Part shown: positions 27,201-42,400 of the stretch, piece by piece
Numbering within the stretch: the stretch's first letter is position 1
Layout: each line of letters opens with the position of its first letter
Source of the DNA: Auanema rhodensis
Taxonomy: Eukaryota; Animalia; Nematoda
Direction of reading: 5' to 3'
Assembly: GCA_964057225.1 (NCBI GenBank)
Contig: OZ059899.1
Coordinates: 18,166,001-18,230,000, forward strand
DNA length: 64,000 bases
The notes under the pieces: generated by a model
Seen by the model: the letters and a program-made list of their open reading frames with translations, nothing else
Database searches by the model: none
What the model was told of the DNA's origin: nothing
Translations under genes and position numbers: made by a program

Positions 27201-29620
27201 GAGATGCGGTTTTCAAAATTAGATTCCCCATGTCCATATTAGTCTTAAAACAAATTTTTATTGATATTGGTGCATGGTAACCATGACTTTGAAATTTACG
27301 TGAACTTTAATTTATGCTAATTAAATGTACACATGGTGTGCACCCGGTATGTAACTCGCTTCACGTGAAAGATAAAGAGATGAGGTTTTCCCAATTAGAT
27401 TCCCCATGTCCATATTAGTCTAAAAACAAATTTTTATCGATATTGGTGCATGGTAACCATGACTTTGAAATTTACGTGAACTTTAATTTATGCTAATTAA
27501 ATGTACACGTGGTGTGCACTCGGTATGTAACTCGCTTCACGTGAAAGATAAAAAGATGCGGTTTTCAAAATTTGATTCCTCATGTCCATATTAGTCTAAA
27601 AACAAATTTTTATTGATATTGGTGCATGGTAACCATGACTTTGAAATTTACGTGAACTTTAATTTATGCTAATTAAATGTACACGTGATGTGCACTTGGT
27701 ATGTAACTCGCTTCACGTGAAAGATAAGGAGATGCGGTTTTCACAATTAGATTCCCCATGTCCATATTAGTCTAAAAACAAATTTTTATTGATATTGGTG
27801 CATGGTAACCATGACTTTGAAATCTACATGAACTTTAATTTATGCTAATTAAATGTACACGTGATGTGCACTTGGTATGTAACTCGCTTCACGTGAAAGA
27901 TAAAGAGATGCGGTTTTCAAAATTAGATTCCCCATGTCCATATTAGTCTAAAAACAAATTTTTATTGATATTGGTGCATGGTAACCATGACTTTGAAATT
28001 TACGTGAACTTTAATTTATGCTAATTAAATGTACACGTGGTGTGCACTCCGTATGTAACTCGCTTCACGTGAAAGATAAAGAGATGCGGTTTTTAAAATT
28101 AGATTCCCCATGTTCATATTAGTCTGCAAACAATTTTTTACTGATATTGGTGCATGGTAACCATGACTTTGAAATTTACGAGAACTTTAATTTATGCTAA
28201 TTAAATGTACAAGTGATGTGCACTTGGTATGTAACTCGCTTCACGTGAAAGATAAGGAGATGCGGTTTTCACAATTAGATTCCCCATGTCCATATTAGTC
28301 TAAAAACAGTTTTTTACTGATATTGGTGCATGGTAACCATGACTTTGAAATTTACGTGAACTTTAATTTATGCTAATTAAATGTACACGTGGTGTGCACT
28401 CGGTATGTAACTCGCTTCACGTGAAAGATAAAGAGATGCGGTTCTTAAAATTAGATTCCCCATGTCCATATTAGTCTGAAAACAATTTTTTACTGATATT
28501 GGTGCATGGTAACCATGACTTTGAAATTTACGTGAACTTTATTTTATGCTACATAAATGTACACGTGGTGTGCACTCGGTATGTATCTCGCTTCACGTGA
28601 AAGAAAAAGAGATGCGGTTTCCAAACTTAGATTCCCCATGTCCATATTAGTCTAAAAACAGTTTTTTACTGATATTGGTGCATGGTAACCATGATTTTGA
28701 AATTTACGTGAACTTTAATTTATGCTAATTAAATGTACACATGGTGTGCACTCGGTATGTAACTCGCTTCACGTGAAAGATAAAGAGATGCGGTTTTCAA
28801 AATTAGATTCCCCATGTCCATATTAGTCTAAAAACAAATTTTTATTGATATTGGTGCATGGTAACCATGACTTTGAATTTTACGTGAACTTTAATTTATG
28901 CTAATTAAACGTACACGTGGTGTGCACTCGGTATGTAACTCGCTTCACGTGAAAGATAAAGAGATGCGGTTTTCAAAAATAGATTCCCCATGTCCATATT
29001 AGTCTAAAAACAAATTTTTATTGATATTGGTGCATGGTAACCATGACTTTGAATTTTACGTGAACTTTAATTTATGCTAATTAAATGTACACGTGATGTG
29101 CACTTGGTATGTAACTTGCTTCACGTGAAAGATAAAGAGATGCGGTTTTCAAAATTAGATTTCCCATGTCCATATTAGTCTTAAAACAAATTTTTATTGA
29201 TATTGGTGCATGGTAACCATGACTTTGAAATTTACGTGAACTTTAATTTATGCTAATTAAATGTACACGTGGTGTGCACTCGGTATGTAACTCGCTTCAC
29301 GTGAAAGATAAAGAGATGCGGTTTTTAAAATTAGACTCCCCATGTCCATATTAGTCTAAAAACAAATTTTTATTGATATTGGTGCATGGTAACCATGACT
29401 TTGAAATTTACGTGAACTTTAATTTATGGTAATTAAATGTACACGTGGTGTGCACTCGGTATGTAACTCGCTTCACGTGAAAGATAAAGAGATGCGGTTC
29501 TTAAAATTAGATTCCCCATGTCCATATTAGTCTGAAAACAATTTTTTACTGATATTGGTGCATGGTAACCATGACTTTGAAATTTACGTGAACTTTAATT
29601 TATGCTAATTAAATGTACAA

Positions 29621-32600
29621 GTGATGTGCACTTGGTATGTAACTCGCTTCACGTGAAAGATAAGGAGATGCGGTTTTCACAATTAGATTCCCCATGTCCA
29701 TATTAGTCTAAAAACAAATTTTTATTGATATTGGTGCATGGTAACCATGACTTTGAAATCTACATGAACTTTAATTTATGCTAATTAAATGTACACGTGA
29801 TGTGCACTTGGTATGTAACTCGCTTCACGTGAAAGATAAAGAGATGCGGTTTTCAAAATTAGATTCCCCATGTCCATATTAGTCTAAAAACAAATTTTTA
29901 TTGATATTGGTGCATGGTAACCATGACTTTGAAATTTACGTGAACTTTAATTTATGCTAATTAAATGTACACGTGGTGTGCACTCCGTATGTAACTCACT
30001 TCACGTGAAAGATAAAGAGATGCGGTTTTTAAAATTAGATTCCCCATGTTCATATTAGTCTGAAAACAATTTTTTACTGATATTGGTGCATGGTAACCAT
30101 GACTTTGAAATTTACGAGAACTTTAATTTATGCTAATTAAATGTACAAGTGATGTGCACTTGGTATGTAACTCGCTTCACGTGAAAGATAAGGAGATGCG
30201 GTTTTCACAATTAGATTCCCCATGTCCATATTAGTCTAAAAACAGTTTTTTACTGATATTGGTGCATGGTAACCATGACTTTGAAATTTACGTGAACTTT
30301 AATTTATGCTAATTAAATGTACACGTGGTGTGCACTCGGTATGTAACTCGCTTCACGTGAAAGATAAAAAGATGCGGTTTTCAAAATTTGATTCCTCATG
30401 TCCATATTAGTCTAAAAACAAATTTTTATTGATATTGGTGCATGGTAACCATGACTTTGAAATTTACGTGAACTTTAATTTATGCTAATTAAATGTACAC
30501 GTGATGTGCACTTGGTATGTAACTCGCTTCACGTGAAAGATAAAGAGATGCAGTTCTCAAAATTAGATTCCCCATGTCCATATTAGTCTAGAAACAAATT
30601 TTTATTGATATTGGTGCATGGTAACCATGACTTTGAAATTTACGTGAACTTTAATTTATGCTAATTAAATGTACACGTGATGTGCACTTGGTATGTAACT
30701 CGCTTCACGTGAAAGATAAAGAGATGCAGTTCTCAAAATTAGATTCCCCATGTCCATATTAGTCTAGAAACAGTTTTTTACTGATATTGGTGCATGGTAA
30801 CCATGATTTTGAAATTTACGTGAACTTTAATTTATGCTAATTAAATGTACACGTGGTGTGCACTCGGTATGTAACTCGCTTCACGTGAAAGATAAAGAGA
30901 TGCGGTTAACAAAATTAGATTTCCTATGTCCATATTAGTCTAAAAACAAATTTTTATTGATATTGGTTCATGGTAACCATGACTTTGAAATTTACGTGAA
31001 CTTTAATTTATGCTAATTAAATGTACACGTGGTGTGCACTCGGTATGTAACTCGCTTCACGTGAAAGATAAAAAGATGCGGTTTTCAAAATTTGATTCCT
31101 CATGTCCATATTAGTCTAAAAACAAATTTTTATTGATATTGGTGCATGGTAACCATGACTTTGAAATTTACGTGAACTTTAATTTATGCTAATTAAATGT
31201 ACACGTGATGTGCACTTGGTATGTAACTCGCTTCACGTGAAAGATAAGGAGATGCGGTTTTCACAATTAGATTCCCCATGTCCATATTAGTCTAAAAACA
31301 AATTTTTATTGATATTGGTGCATGGTAACCATGACTTTGAAATCTACATGAACTTTAATTTATGCTAATTAAATGTACACGTGATGTGCACTTGGTATGT
31401 AACTCGCTTCACGTGAAAGATAAAGAGATGCGGTTTTCAAAATTAGATTCCCCATGTCCATATTAGTCTAAAAACAAATTTTTATTGATATTGGTGCATG
31501 GTAACCATGACTTTGAAATTTACGTGAACTTTAATTTATGCTAATTAAATGTACACGTGGTGTGCACTCCGTATGTAACTCGCTTCACGTGAAAGATAAA
31601 GAGATGCGGTTTTTAAAATTAGATTCCCCATGTTCATATTAGTCTGAAAACAATTTTTTACTGATATTGGTGCATGGTAACCATGACTTTGAAATTTACG
31701 AGAACTTTAATTTATGCTAATTAAATGTACAAGTGATGTGCACTTGGTATGTAACTCGCTTCACGTGAAAGATAAGGAGATGCGGTTTTCACAATTAGAT
31801 TCCCCATGTCCATATTAGTCTAAAAACAGTTTTTTACTGATATTGGTGCATGGTAACCATGACTTTGAAATTTACGTGAACTTTAATTTATGCTAATTAA
31901 ATGTACACGTGGTGTGCACTCGGTATGTAACTCGCTTCACGTGAAAGATAAAAAGATGCGGTTTTCAAAATTTGATTCCTCATGTCCATATTAGTCTAAA
32001 AACAAATTTTTATTGATATTGGTGCATGGTAACCATGACTTTGAAATTTACGTGAACTTTAATTTATGCTAATTAAATGTACACGTGATGTGCACTTGGT
32101 ATGTAACTCGCTTCACGTGAAAGATAAAGAGATGCAGTTCTCAAAATTAGATTCCCCATGTCCATATTAGTCTAGAAACAAATTTTTATTGATATTGGTG
32201 CATGGTAACCATGACTTTGAAATTTACGTGAACTTTAATTTATGCTAATTAAATGTACACGTGATGTGCACTTGGTATGTAACTCGCTTCACGTGAAAGA
32301 TAAAGAGATGCAGTTCTCAAAATTAGATTCCCCATGTCCATATTAGTCTAGAAACAGTTTTTTACTGATATTGGTGCATGGTAACCATGATTTTGAAATT
32401 TACGTGAACTTTAATTTATGCTAATTAAATGTACACGTGGTGTGCACTCGGTATGTAACTCGCTTCACGTGAAAGATAAAGAGATGCGGTTAACAAAATT
32501 AGATTTCCTATGTCCATATTAGTCTAAAAACAAATTTTTATTGATATTGGTTCATGGTAACCATGACTTTGAAATTTACGTGAACTTTAATTTATGCTAA

Positions 32601-32831
32601 TTAAATGTACACGTGGTGTGCACTCGGTATGTAACTCGCTTCACGTGAAAGATAAAAAGATGCGGTTTTCAAAATTTGATTCCTCATGTCCATATTAGTC
32701 TAAAAACAAATTTTTATTGATATTGGTGCATGGTAACCATGACTTTGAAATTTACGTGAACTTTAATTTATGCTAATTAAATGTACACGTGATGTGCACT
32801 TGGTATGTAACTCGCTTCACGTGAAAGATAA
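29621..32831 (+). repeat. Local tandem duplication, period 9 monomers (1584 bp)
   Basis: AATCTACATG at ~29759/31343, ACGAGAAC at ~30117/31701, and CTAGAAACAGTT at ~30767/32351. Confidence 0.87.
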
Positions 32832-35518
32832 AGAGATGCAGTTCTCAAAATTAGATTCCCCATGTCCATATTAGTCTAGAAACAAATTTTTATTGATATT
32901 GGTGCATGGTAACCATGACTTTGAAATTTACGTGAACTTTAATTTATGCTAATTAAATGTACACGTGATGTGCACTTGGTATGTAACTTGCTTCACGTGA
33001 AAGATAAAGAGATGCGGTTTTCAAAATTAGATTCCCCATGTCCATATTAGTCTTAAAACAAATTTTCATTGATATTGGTGCATGGTAACCATGACTTTGA
33101 AATTTACGTGAACTTTAATTTATGCTAATTAAATGTACACGTGATGTGCACTTGGTATGTAACTCGCTTCACGTGAAAGATAAAGAGATGCAGTTCTCAA
33201 AATTAGATTCCCCATGTCCATATTAGTCTAAAAACAAATTTTTATTGATATTGGTGCATGGTAACCATGACTTTGAAATTTACGTGAACTTTAATTTATG
33301 CTAATTAAATGTACACGTGGTGTGCACTCGGTATGTATCTCGCTTCACGTGAAAGATAAAGAGATGCGGTTTCCAAAATTAGATTCCCCATGTCCATATT
33401 AGTCTAAAAACAGTTTTTTACTGATATTGGTGCATGGTAACCATGATTTTGAAATTTACGTGAACTTTATTTTATGCTACATAAATGTACACGTGGTGTG
33501 CACTCGGTATGTAACTCGCTTCACGTGAAAGATAAAGAGATGCGGTTTTCGAAATTAGATTCCCCATGTCCATATTAGTCTAAAAACAAATTTTTATTGA
33601 TATTGGTGTATGGTAACCATGACTTTGAAATTTACGTGAACTTTAATTTATGCTAATTAAATGTACACGTGATGTGCACTTGGTATGTAACTCGCTTCAC
33701 GTGAAAGATAAAGAGATGCAGTTCTCACAATTAGATTACCCATGTCCATATTAGTCTAAAAACAGTTTTTTACTGATATTGGTGCATGGTAACCATGATT
33801 TTGAAATTTACGTGAACTTTAATTTATGCTAATTAAATGTACACATGGTGTGCACTCGGTATGTAACTCGCTTCACGTGAAAGATAAAGAGATGCGGTTT
33901 TCAAAATTAGATTCCCCATGTCCATATTAGTCTTAAAACAAATTTTCATTGATATTGGTGCATGGTAACCATGACTTTGAAATTTACGTGAACTTTAATT
34001 TATGCTAATTAAATGTACACGTGATGTGCACTTGGTATGTAACTTGCTTCACGTGAAAGATAAAGAGATGCGGTTTTCAAAATTAGATTCCCCATGTCCA
34101 TATTAGTCTTAAAACAAATTTTTATTGATATTGGTGCATGGTAACCATGACTTTGAAATTTACGTGAACTTTAATTTATGCTAATTAAATGTACACGTGG
34201 TGTGCACCCGGTATGTAACTCGCTTCACGTGAAAGATAAAGAGATGAGGTTTTCCCAATTAGATTCCCCATGTCCATATTAGTCTAAAAACAAATTTTTA
34301 TCGATATTGGTGCATGGTAACCATGACTTTGAAATTTACGTGAACTTTATTTTATGCTACATAAATGTACACGTGATGTGCACTTGGTATGTAACTTGCT
34401 TCACGTGAAAGATAAAGAGATGCGGTTTTCAAAATTAGATTCCCCATGTCCATATTAGTCTTAAAACAAATTTTCATTGATATTGGTGCATGGTAACCAT
34501 GACTTTGAAATTTACGTGAACTTTAATTTATGCTAATTAAATGTACACGTGGTGTGCACCCGGTATGTAACTCGCTTCACGTGAAAGATAAAGAGATGAG
34601 GTTTTCCCAATTAGATTCCCCATGTCCATATTAGTCTAAAAACAGTTTTTTACTGATATTGGTGCATGGTAACCATGATTTTGAAATTTACGTGAACTTT
34701 ATTTTATGCTACATAAATGTACACGTGGTGTGCACTCGGTATGTAACTCGCTTCACGTGAAAGATAAAGAGATGCGGTTTTCGAAATTAGATTCCCCATG
34801 TCCATATTAGTCTAAAAACAAATTTTTATTGATATTGGTGTATGGTAACCATGACTTTGAAATTTACGTGAACTTTAATTTATGCTAATTAAATGTACAC
34901 GTGATGTGCACTTGGTATGTAACTCGCTTCACGTGAAAGATAAAGAGATGCAGTTCTCACAATTAGATTCCCCATGTCCATATTAGTCTAAAAACAGTTT
35001 TTTACTGATATTGGTGCATGGTAACCATGATTTTGAAATTTACGTGAACTTTAATTTATGCTAATTAAATGTACACATGGTGTGCACTCGGTATGTAACT
35101 CGCTTCACGTGAAAGATAAAGAGATGCGGTTTTCAAAATTAGATTCCCCATGTCCATATTAGTCTTAAAACAAATTTTCATTGATATTGGTGCATGGTAA
35201 CCATGACTTTGAAATTTACGTGAACTTTAATTTATGCTAATTAAATGTACACGTGATGTGCACTTGGTATGTAACTTGCTTCACGTGAAAGATAAAGAGA
35301 TGCGGTTTTCAAAATTAGATTCCCCATGTCCATATTAGTCTTAAAACAAATTTTTATTGATATTGGTGCATGGTAACCATGACTTTGAAATTTACGTGAA
35401 CTTTAATTTATGCTAATTAAATGTACACGTGGTGTGCACCCGGTATGTAACTCGCTTCACGTGAAAGATAAAGAGATGCGGTTTTCAAAATTAGATTTCC
35501 CATGTCCATATTAGTCTT

Positions 35519-38500
35519 AAAACAAATTTTTATCGATATTGGTGCATGGTAACCATGACTTTGAAATTTACGTGAACTTTATTTTATGCTACATAAATGT
35601 ACACGTGGTGTGCACTCGGTATGTATCTCGCTTCACGTGAAAGAAAAAGAGATGCGGTTTCCAAAATTAGATTCCCCATGTCCATATTAGTCTAAAAACA
35701 GTTTTTTACTGATATTGGTGCATGGTAACCATGATTTTGAAATTTACGTGAACTTTAATTTATGCTAATTAAATGTACACATGGTGTGCACTCGGTATGT
35801 AACTCGCTTCACGTGAAAGATAAAGAGATGCGGTTTTCGAAATTAGATTCCCCATGTCCATATTAGTCTAAAAACAAATTTTTATTGATATTGGTGTATG
35901 GTAACCATGACTTTGAAATTTACGTGAACTTTAATTTATGCTAATTAAATGTACACGTGATGTGCACTTGGTATGTAACTCGCTTCACGTGAAAGATAAA
36001 GAGATGCAGTTCTCAAAATTAGATTCCCCATGTCCATATTAGTCTAAAAACAAATTTTTATTGATATTGGTGCATGGTAACCATGACTTTGAAATTTACG
36101 TGAACTTTAATTTATGCTAATTAAATGTACACGTGATGTGCACTTGGTATGTAACTTGCTTCACGTGAAAGATAAAGAGATGCGGTTTTCAAAATTAGAT
36201 TCCCCATGTCCATATTAGTCTTAAAACAAATTTTTATTGATATTGGTGCATGGTAACCATGACTTTGAAATTTACGTGAACTTTAATTTATGCTAATTAA
36301 ATGTACACGTGATGTGCACTTGGTATGTAACTTGATTCACGTGAAAGATAAAGAGATGCGGTTTTCAAAATTAGATTCCCCATGTCCATATTAGTCTTAA
36401 AACAAATTTTTATTGATATTGGTGCATGGTAACCATGACTTTGAAATTTACGTGAACTTTAATTTATGCTAATTAAATGTACACATGGTGTGCACCCGGT
36501 ATGTAACTCGCTTCACGTGAAAGATAAAGAGATGAGGTTTTCCCAATTAGATTCCCCATGTCCATATTAGTCTAAAAACAAATTTTTATCGATATTGGTG
36601 CATGGTAACCATGACTTTGAAATTTACGTGAACTTTATTTTATGCTACATAAATGTACACGTGGTGTGCACTCGGTATGTATCTCGCTTCACGTGAAAGA
36701 AAAAGAGATGCGGTTTCCAAACTTAGATTCCCCATGTCCATATTAGTCTAAAAACAGTTTTTTACTGATATTGGTGCATGGTAACCATGATTTTGAAAAT
36801 TACGTGAACTTTAATTTATGCTAATTAAATGTACACATGGTGTGCACTCGGTATGTAACTCGCTTCACGTGAAAGATAAAGAGATGCGGTTTTCAAAATT
36901 AGATTCCCCATGTCCATATTAGTCTAAAAACAAATTTTTATTGATATTGGTGCATGGTAACCATGACTTTGAAATTTACGTGAACTTTAATTTATGCTAA
37001 TTAAACGTACACGTGGTGTGCACTCGGTATGTAACTCGCTTCACGTGAAAGATAAAGAGATGCGGTTTTCAAAAATAGATTCCCCATGTCCATATTAGTC
37101 TAAAAACAAATTTTATTGATATTGGTGCATGGTAACCATGACTTTGAATTTTACGTGAACTTTAATTTATGCTAATTAAATGTACACGTGATGTGCACTT
37201 GGTATGTAACTTGCTTCACGTGAAAGATAAAGAGATGCGGTTTTCAAAATTAGATTTCCCATGTCCATATTAGTCTTAAAACAAATTTTTATTGATATTG
37301 GTGCATGGTAACCATGACTTTGAAATTCACGTGAACTTTAATTTATGCTAATTAAATGTACACGTGGTGTGCACTCGGTATGTAACTCGCTTCACGTGAA
37401 AGATAAAGAGATGCGGTTTTTAAAATTAGACTCCCCATGTCCATATTAGTCTAAAAACAAATTTTTATCGATATTGGTGCATGGTAACCATGACTTTGAA
37501 ATTTACGTGAACTTTATTTTATGCTACATAAATGTACACGTGGTGTGCACTCGGTATGTATCTCGCTTCACGTGAAAGAAAAAGAGATGCGGTTTCCAAA
37601 ATTAGATTCCCCATGTCCATATTAGTCTAAAAACAGTTTTTTACTGATATTGGTGCATGGTAACCATGATTTTGAAATTTACGTGAACTTTAATTTATGC
37701 TAATTAAATGTACACATGGTGTGCACTCGGTATGTAACTCGCTTCACGTGAAAGATAAAGAGATGCGGTTTTCGAAATTAGATTCCCCATGTCCATATTA
37801 GTCTAAAAACAAATTTTTATTGATATTGGTGTATGGTAACCATGACTTTGAAATTTACGTGAACTTTAATTTATGCTAATTAAATGTACACGTGATGTGC
37901 ACTTGGTATGTAACTCGCTTCACGTGAAAGATAAAGAGATGCAGTTCTCAAAATTAGATTCCCCATGTCCATATTAGTCTAAAAACAAATTTTTATTGAT
38001 ATTGGTGCATGGTAACCATGACTTTGAAATTTACGTGAACTTTAATTTATGCTAATTAAATGTACACGTGATGTGCACTTGGTATGTAACTTGCTTCACG
38101 TGAAAGATAAAGAGATGCGGTTTTCAAAATTAGATTCCCCATGTCCTTATTAGTCTTAAAACAAATTTTTATTGATATTGGTGCATGGTAACCATGACTT
38201 TGAAATTTACGTGAACTTTAATTTATGCTAATTAAATGTACACGTGATGTGCACTTGGTATGTAACTTGATTCACGTGAAAGATAAAGAGATGCGGTTTT
38301 CAAAATTAGATTCCCCATGTCCATATTAGTTTTAAAACAAATTTTTATTGATATTGGTGCATGGTAACCATGACTTTGAAATTTACGTGAACTTTAATTT
38401 ATGCTAATTAAATGTACACATGGTGTGCACCCGGTATGTAACTCGCTTCACGTGAAAGATAAAGAGATGAGGTTTTCCCAATTAGATTCCCCATGTCCAT

Positions 38501-39404
38501 ATTAGTCTAAAAACAAATTTTTATCGATATTGGTGCATGGTAACCATGACTTTGAAATTTACGTGAACTTTATTTTATGCTACATAAATGTACACGTGGT
38601 GTGCACTCGGTATGTATCTCGCTTCACGTGAAAGAAAAAGAGATGCGGTTTCCAAACTTAGATTCCCCATGTCCACATTAGTCTAAAAACAGTTTTTTAC
38701 TGATATTGGTGCATGGTAACCATGATTTTGAAATTTACGTGAACTTTAATTTATGCTAATTAAATGTACACATGGTGTGCACTCGGTATGTAACTCGCTT
38801 CACGTGAAAGATAAAGAGATGCGGTTTTCAAAATTAGATTCCCCATGTCCATATTAGTCTAAAAACAAATTTTTATTGATATTGGTGCATGGTAACCATG
38901 ACTTTGAATTTTACGTGAACTTTAATTTATGCTAATTAAACGTACACGTGGTGTGCACTCGGTATGTAACTCGCTTCACGTGAAAGATAAAGAGATGCGG
39001 TTTTCAAAAATAGATTCCCCATGTCCATATTAGTCTAAAAACAAATTTTTATTGATATTGGTGCATGGTAACCATGACTTTGAATTTTACGTGAACTTTA
39101 ATTTATGCTAATTAAATGTACACGTGATGTGCACTTGGTATGTAACTTGCTTCACGTGAAAGATAAAGAGATGCGGTTTTCAAAATTAGATTTCCCATGT
39201 CCATATTAGTCTTAAAACAAATTTTTATTGATATTGGTGCATGGTAACCATGACTTTGAAATTTACGTGAACTTTAATTTATGCTAATTAAATGTACACG
39301 TGGTGTGCACTCGGTATGTAACTCGCTTCACGTGAAAGATAAAGAGATGCGGTTTTTAAAATTAGACTCCCCATGTCCATATTAGTCTAAAAACAAATTT
39401 TTAT
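35519..39404 (+). repeat. Local tandem duplication, period 11 monomers (1935/1936 bp)
   Basis: TTGATTCACG at 36335/38270, AAACTTAG at ~36721/38656, and the C46 variant at 37006/38941. The offset is 1935 because of the 1-bp deletion at ~37111. Confidence 0.87.
36961..37135 (+). other. Only length-variant monomer seen (175 bp; T5 run shortened to T4 at 37111-37114)
   Basis: It reads CAAATTTTATTG instead of CAAATTTTTATTG, and all downstream monomers are shifted by -1. Confidence 0.95.
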
Positions 39405-42400
39405 TGATATTGGTGCATGGTAACCATGACTTTGAAATTTACGTGAACTTTAATTTATGCTAATTAAATGTACACGTGGTGTGCACTCGGTATGTAACTC
39501 GCTTCACGTGAAAGATAAAGAGATGCGGTTTTTAAAATTAGATTCCCCATGTCCATATTAGTCTGAAAACAATTTTTTACTGATATAGGTGCATGGTAAC
39601 CATGACTTTGAAATTTACGTGAACTTTAATTTATGCTAATTAAATGTACAAGTGATGTGCACTTGGTATGTAACTCGCTTCACGTGAAAGATAAGGAGAT
39701 GCGGTTTTCACAATTAGATTCCCCATGTCCATATTAGTCTGAAAACAAATTTTTATTGATATTGGTGCATGGTAACCATGACTTTGAAATCTACATGAAC
39801 TTTAATTTATGCTAATTAAATGTACACGTGATGTGCACTTGGTATGTAACTCGCTTCACGTGAAAGATAAAGAGATGCGGTTTTCCCAATTAGATTCCCC
39901 ATGTCCATATTAGTCTAAAAACAAATTTTTATTGATATTGGTGCATGGTAACCATGACTTTGAAATTTACGTGAACTTTAATTTATGCTAATTAAATGTA
40001 CACGTGGTGTGCACTCCGTATGTAACTCGCTTCACGTGAAAGATAAAGAGATGCGGTTTTTAAAATTAGATTCCCCATGTTCATATTAGTCTGAAAACAA
40101 TTTTTTACTGATATTGGTGCATGGTAACCATGACTTTGAAATTTACGAGAACTTTAATTTATGCTAATTAAATGTACAAGTGATGTGCACTTGGTATGTA
40201 ACTCGCTTCACGTGAAAGATAAGGAGATGCGGTTTTCACAATTAGATTCCCCATGTGCATATTAGTCTAAAAACAAATTTTTATTGATATTGGTGCATGG
40301 TAACCATGACTTTGAAATTTACGTGAACTTCAATTTATGCTAATTAAATGTACACGCGGTGTGCACTTGGTATGTAACTCGCTTCACGTGAAAGATAAAG
40401 AGATGCGGTTTTAAAAATTAGATTCCCCATGTCCATATTAGTCTAAAAACAGTTTTTTACTGATATTGGTGCATGGTAACCATGATTTTGAAATTTACGT
40501 GAACTTTAATTTATGCTAATTAAATGTACACGTGGTGTGCACTCGGTATGTAACTCGCTTCACGTGAAAGATAAAGAGATGCGGTTAACAAAATTAGATT
40601 TCCTATGTCCATTTTAGTCTAAAAACAAATTTTTATTGATATTGGTGCATGGTAACCATGCCTTTGAAATTTACGTGAACTTTAATTTATGCTAATTAAA
40701 TGTACACGTGATGTGCACTTGGTATGTAACTCGCTTCACGTGAAAGATAAAGAGATGCAGTTCTCAAAATTAGATTCCCCATGTCCATATTAGTCTAGAA
40801 ACAAATTTTTATTGATATTGGTGCATGGTAACCATGACTTTGAAATTTACGTGAACTTTTATTTATGCTAATTAAATGTACACGTGATGTGCACTTGGTA
40901 TGTAACTTGCTTCACGTGAAAGATAAAGAGATGCGGTTTTCAAAATTAGATTCTTCATGTCCATATTAGTCTTAAAACAAATTTTCATTGATATTGGTGC
41001 ATGGTAACCATGACTTTGAAATTTACGTGAACTTTAATTTATGCTAATTAAATGTACACGTGATGTGCACTTGGTATGTAACTCGCTTCACGTGAAAGAT
41101 AAAGAGATGCAGTTCTCAAAATTAGATTCCCCATGTCCATATTAGTCTAAAAACAAATTTTTATTGATATTGGTGCATGGTAACCATGACTTTGAAATTT
41201 ACGTGAACTTTATTTTATGCTACATAAATGTACACGTGGTGTGCACTCGGTATGTATCTCGCTTCACGTGAAAGATAAAGAGATGCGGTTTCCAAAATTA
41301 GATTCCCCATGTCCATATTAGTCTAAAAACAGTTTTTTACTGATATTGGTGCATGGTAACCATGATTTTGAAATTTACGTGAACTTTATTTTATGCTACA
41401 TAAATGTACACGTGGTGTGCACTCGGTATGTATCTCGTTTCACGTGAAAGATAAAGAGATGCGGTTTCCAAAATTAGATTCCCCATGTCCATATTAGTCT
41501 AAAAACAAATTTTTATCGATATTGGTGCATGGTAACCATGACTTTGAAATTTACGTGAACTTTATTTTATGCTACATAAATGTACACGTGGTGTGCACTC
41601 GGTATGTATCTCGCTTCACGTGAAAGATAAAGAGATGCGGTTTCCAAAATTAGATTCCCCATGTCCATATTAGTCTAAAAACAGTTTTTTACTGATATTG
41701 GTGCATGGTAACCATGATTTTGAAATTTACGTGAACTTTAATTTATGCTAATTAAATGTACACATGGTGTGCACTCGGTATGTAACTCGCTTCACGTGAA
41801 AGATAAAGAGATGCGGTTTTCGAAATTAGATTCCCCATGTCCATATTAGTCTAAAAACAAATTTTTATTGATATTGGTGCATGGTAACCATGACTTTGAA
41901 ATTTACGTGAACTTTAATTTATGCTAATTAAATGTACACGTGATGTGCACTTGGTATGTAACTCGCTTCACGTGAAAGATAAAGAGATGCGGTTTTAAAA
42001 ATTAGATTCCCCATGTCCATATTAGTCTAAAAACAGTTTTTTACTGATATTGGTGCATGGTAACCATGATTTTGAAATTTACGTGAACTTTAATTTATGC
42101 TAATTAAATGTACACGTGGTGTGCACTCGGTATGTAACTCGCTTCACGTGAAAGATAAAGAGATGCGGTTAACAAAATTAGATTTTCTATGTCCATATTA
42201 GTCTAAAAACAAATTTTTATTGATATTGGTTCATGGTAACCATGACTTTGAAATTTACGTGAACTTTAATTTATGCTAATTAAATGTACACGTGGTGTGC
42301 ACTCGGTATGTAACTCGCTTCACGTGAAAGATAAAGAGATGCAGTTCTCAAAATTAGATTCCCCATGTCCATATTAGTCTAGAAACAAATTTTTATTGAT

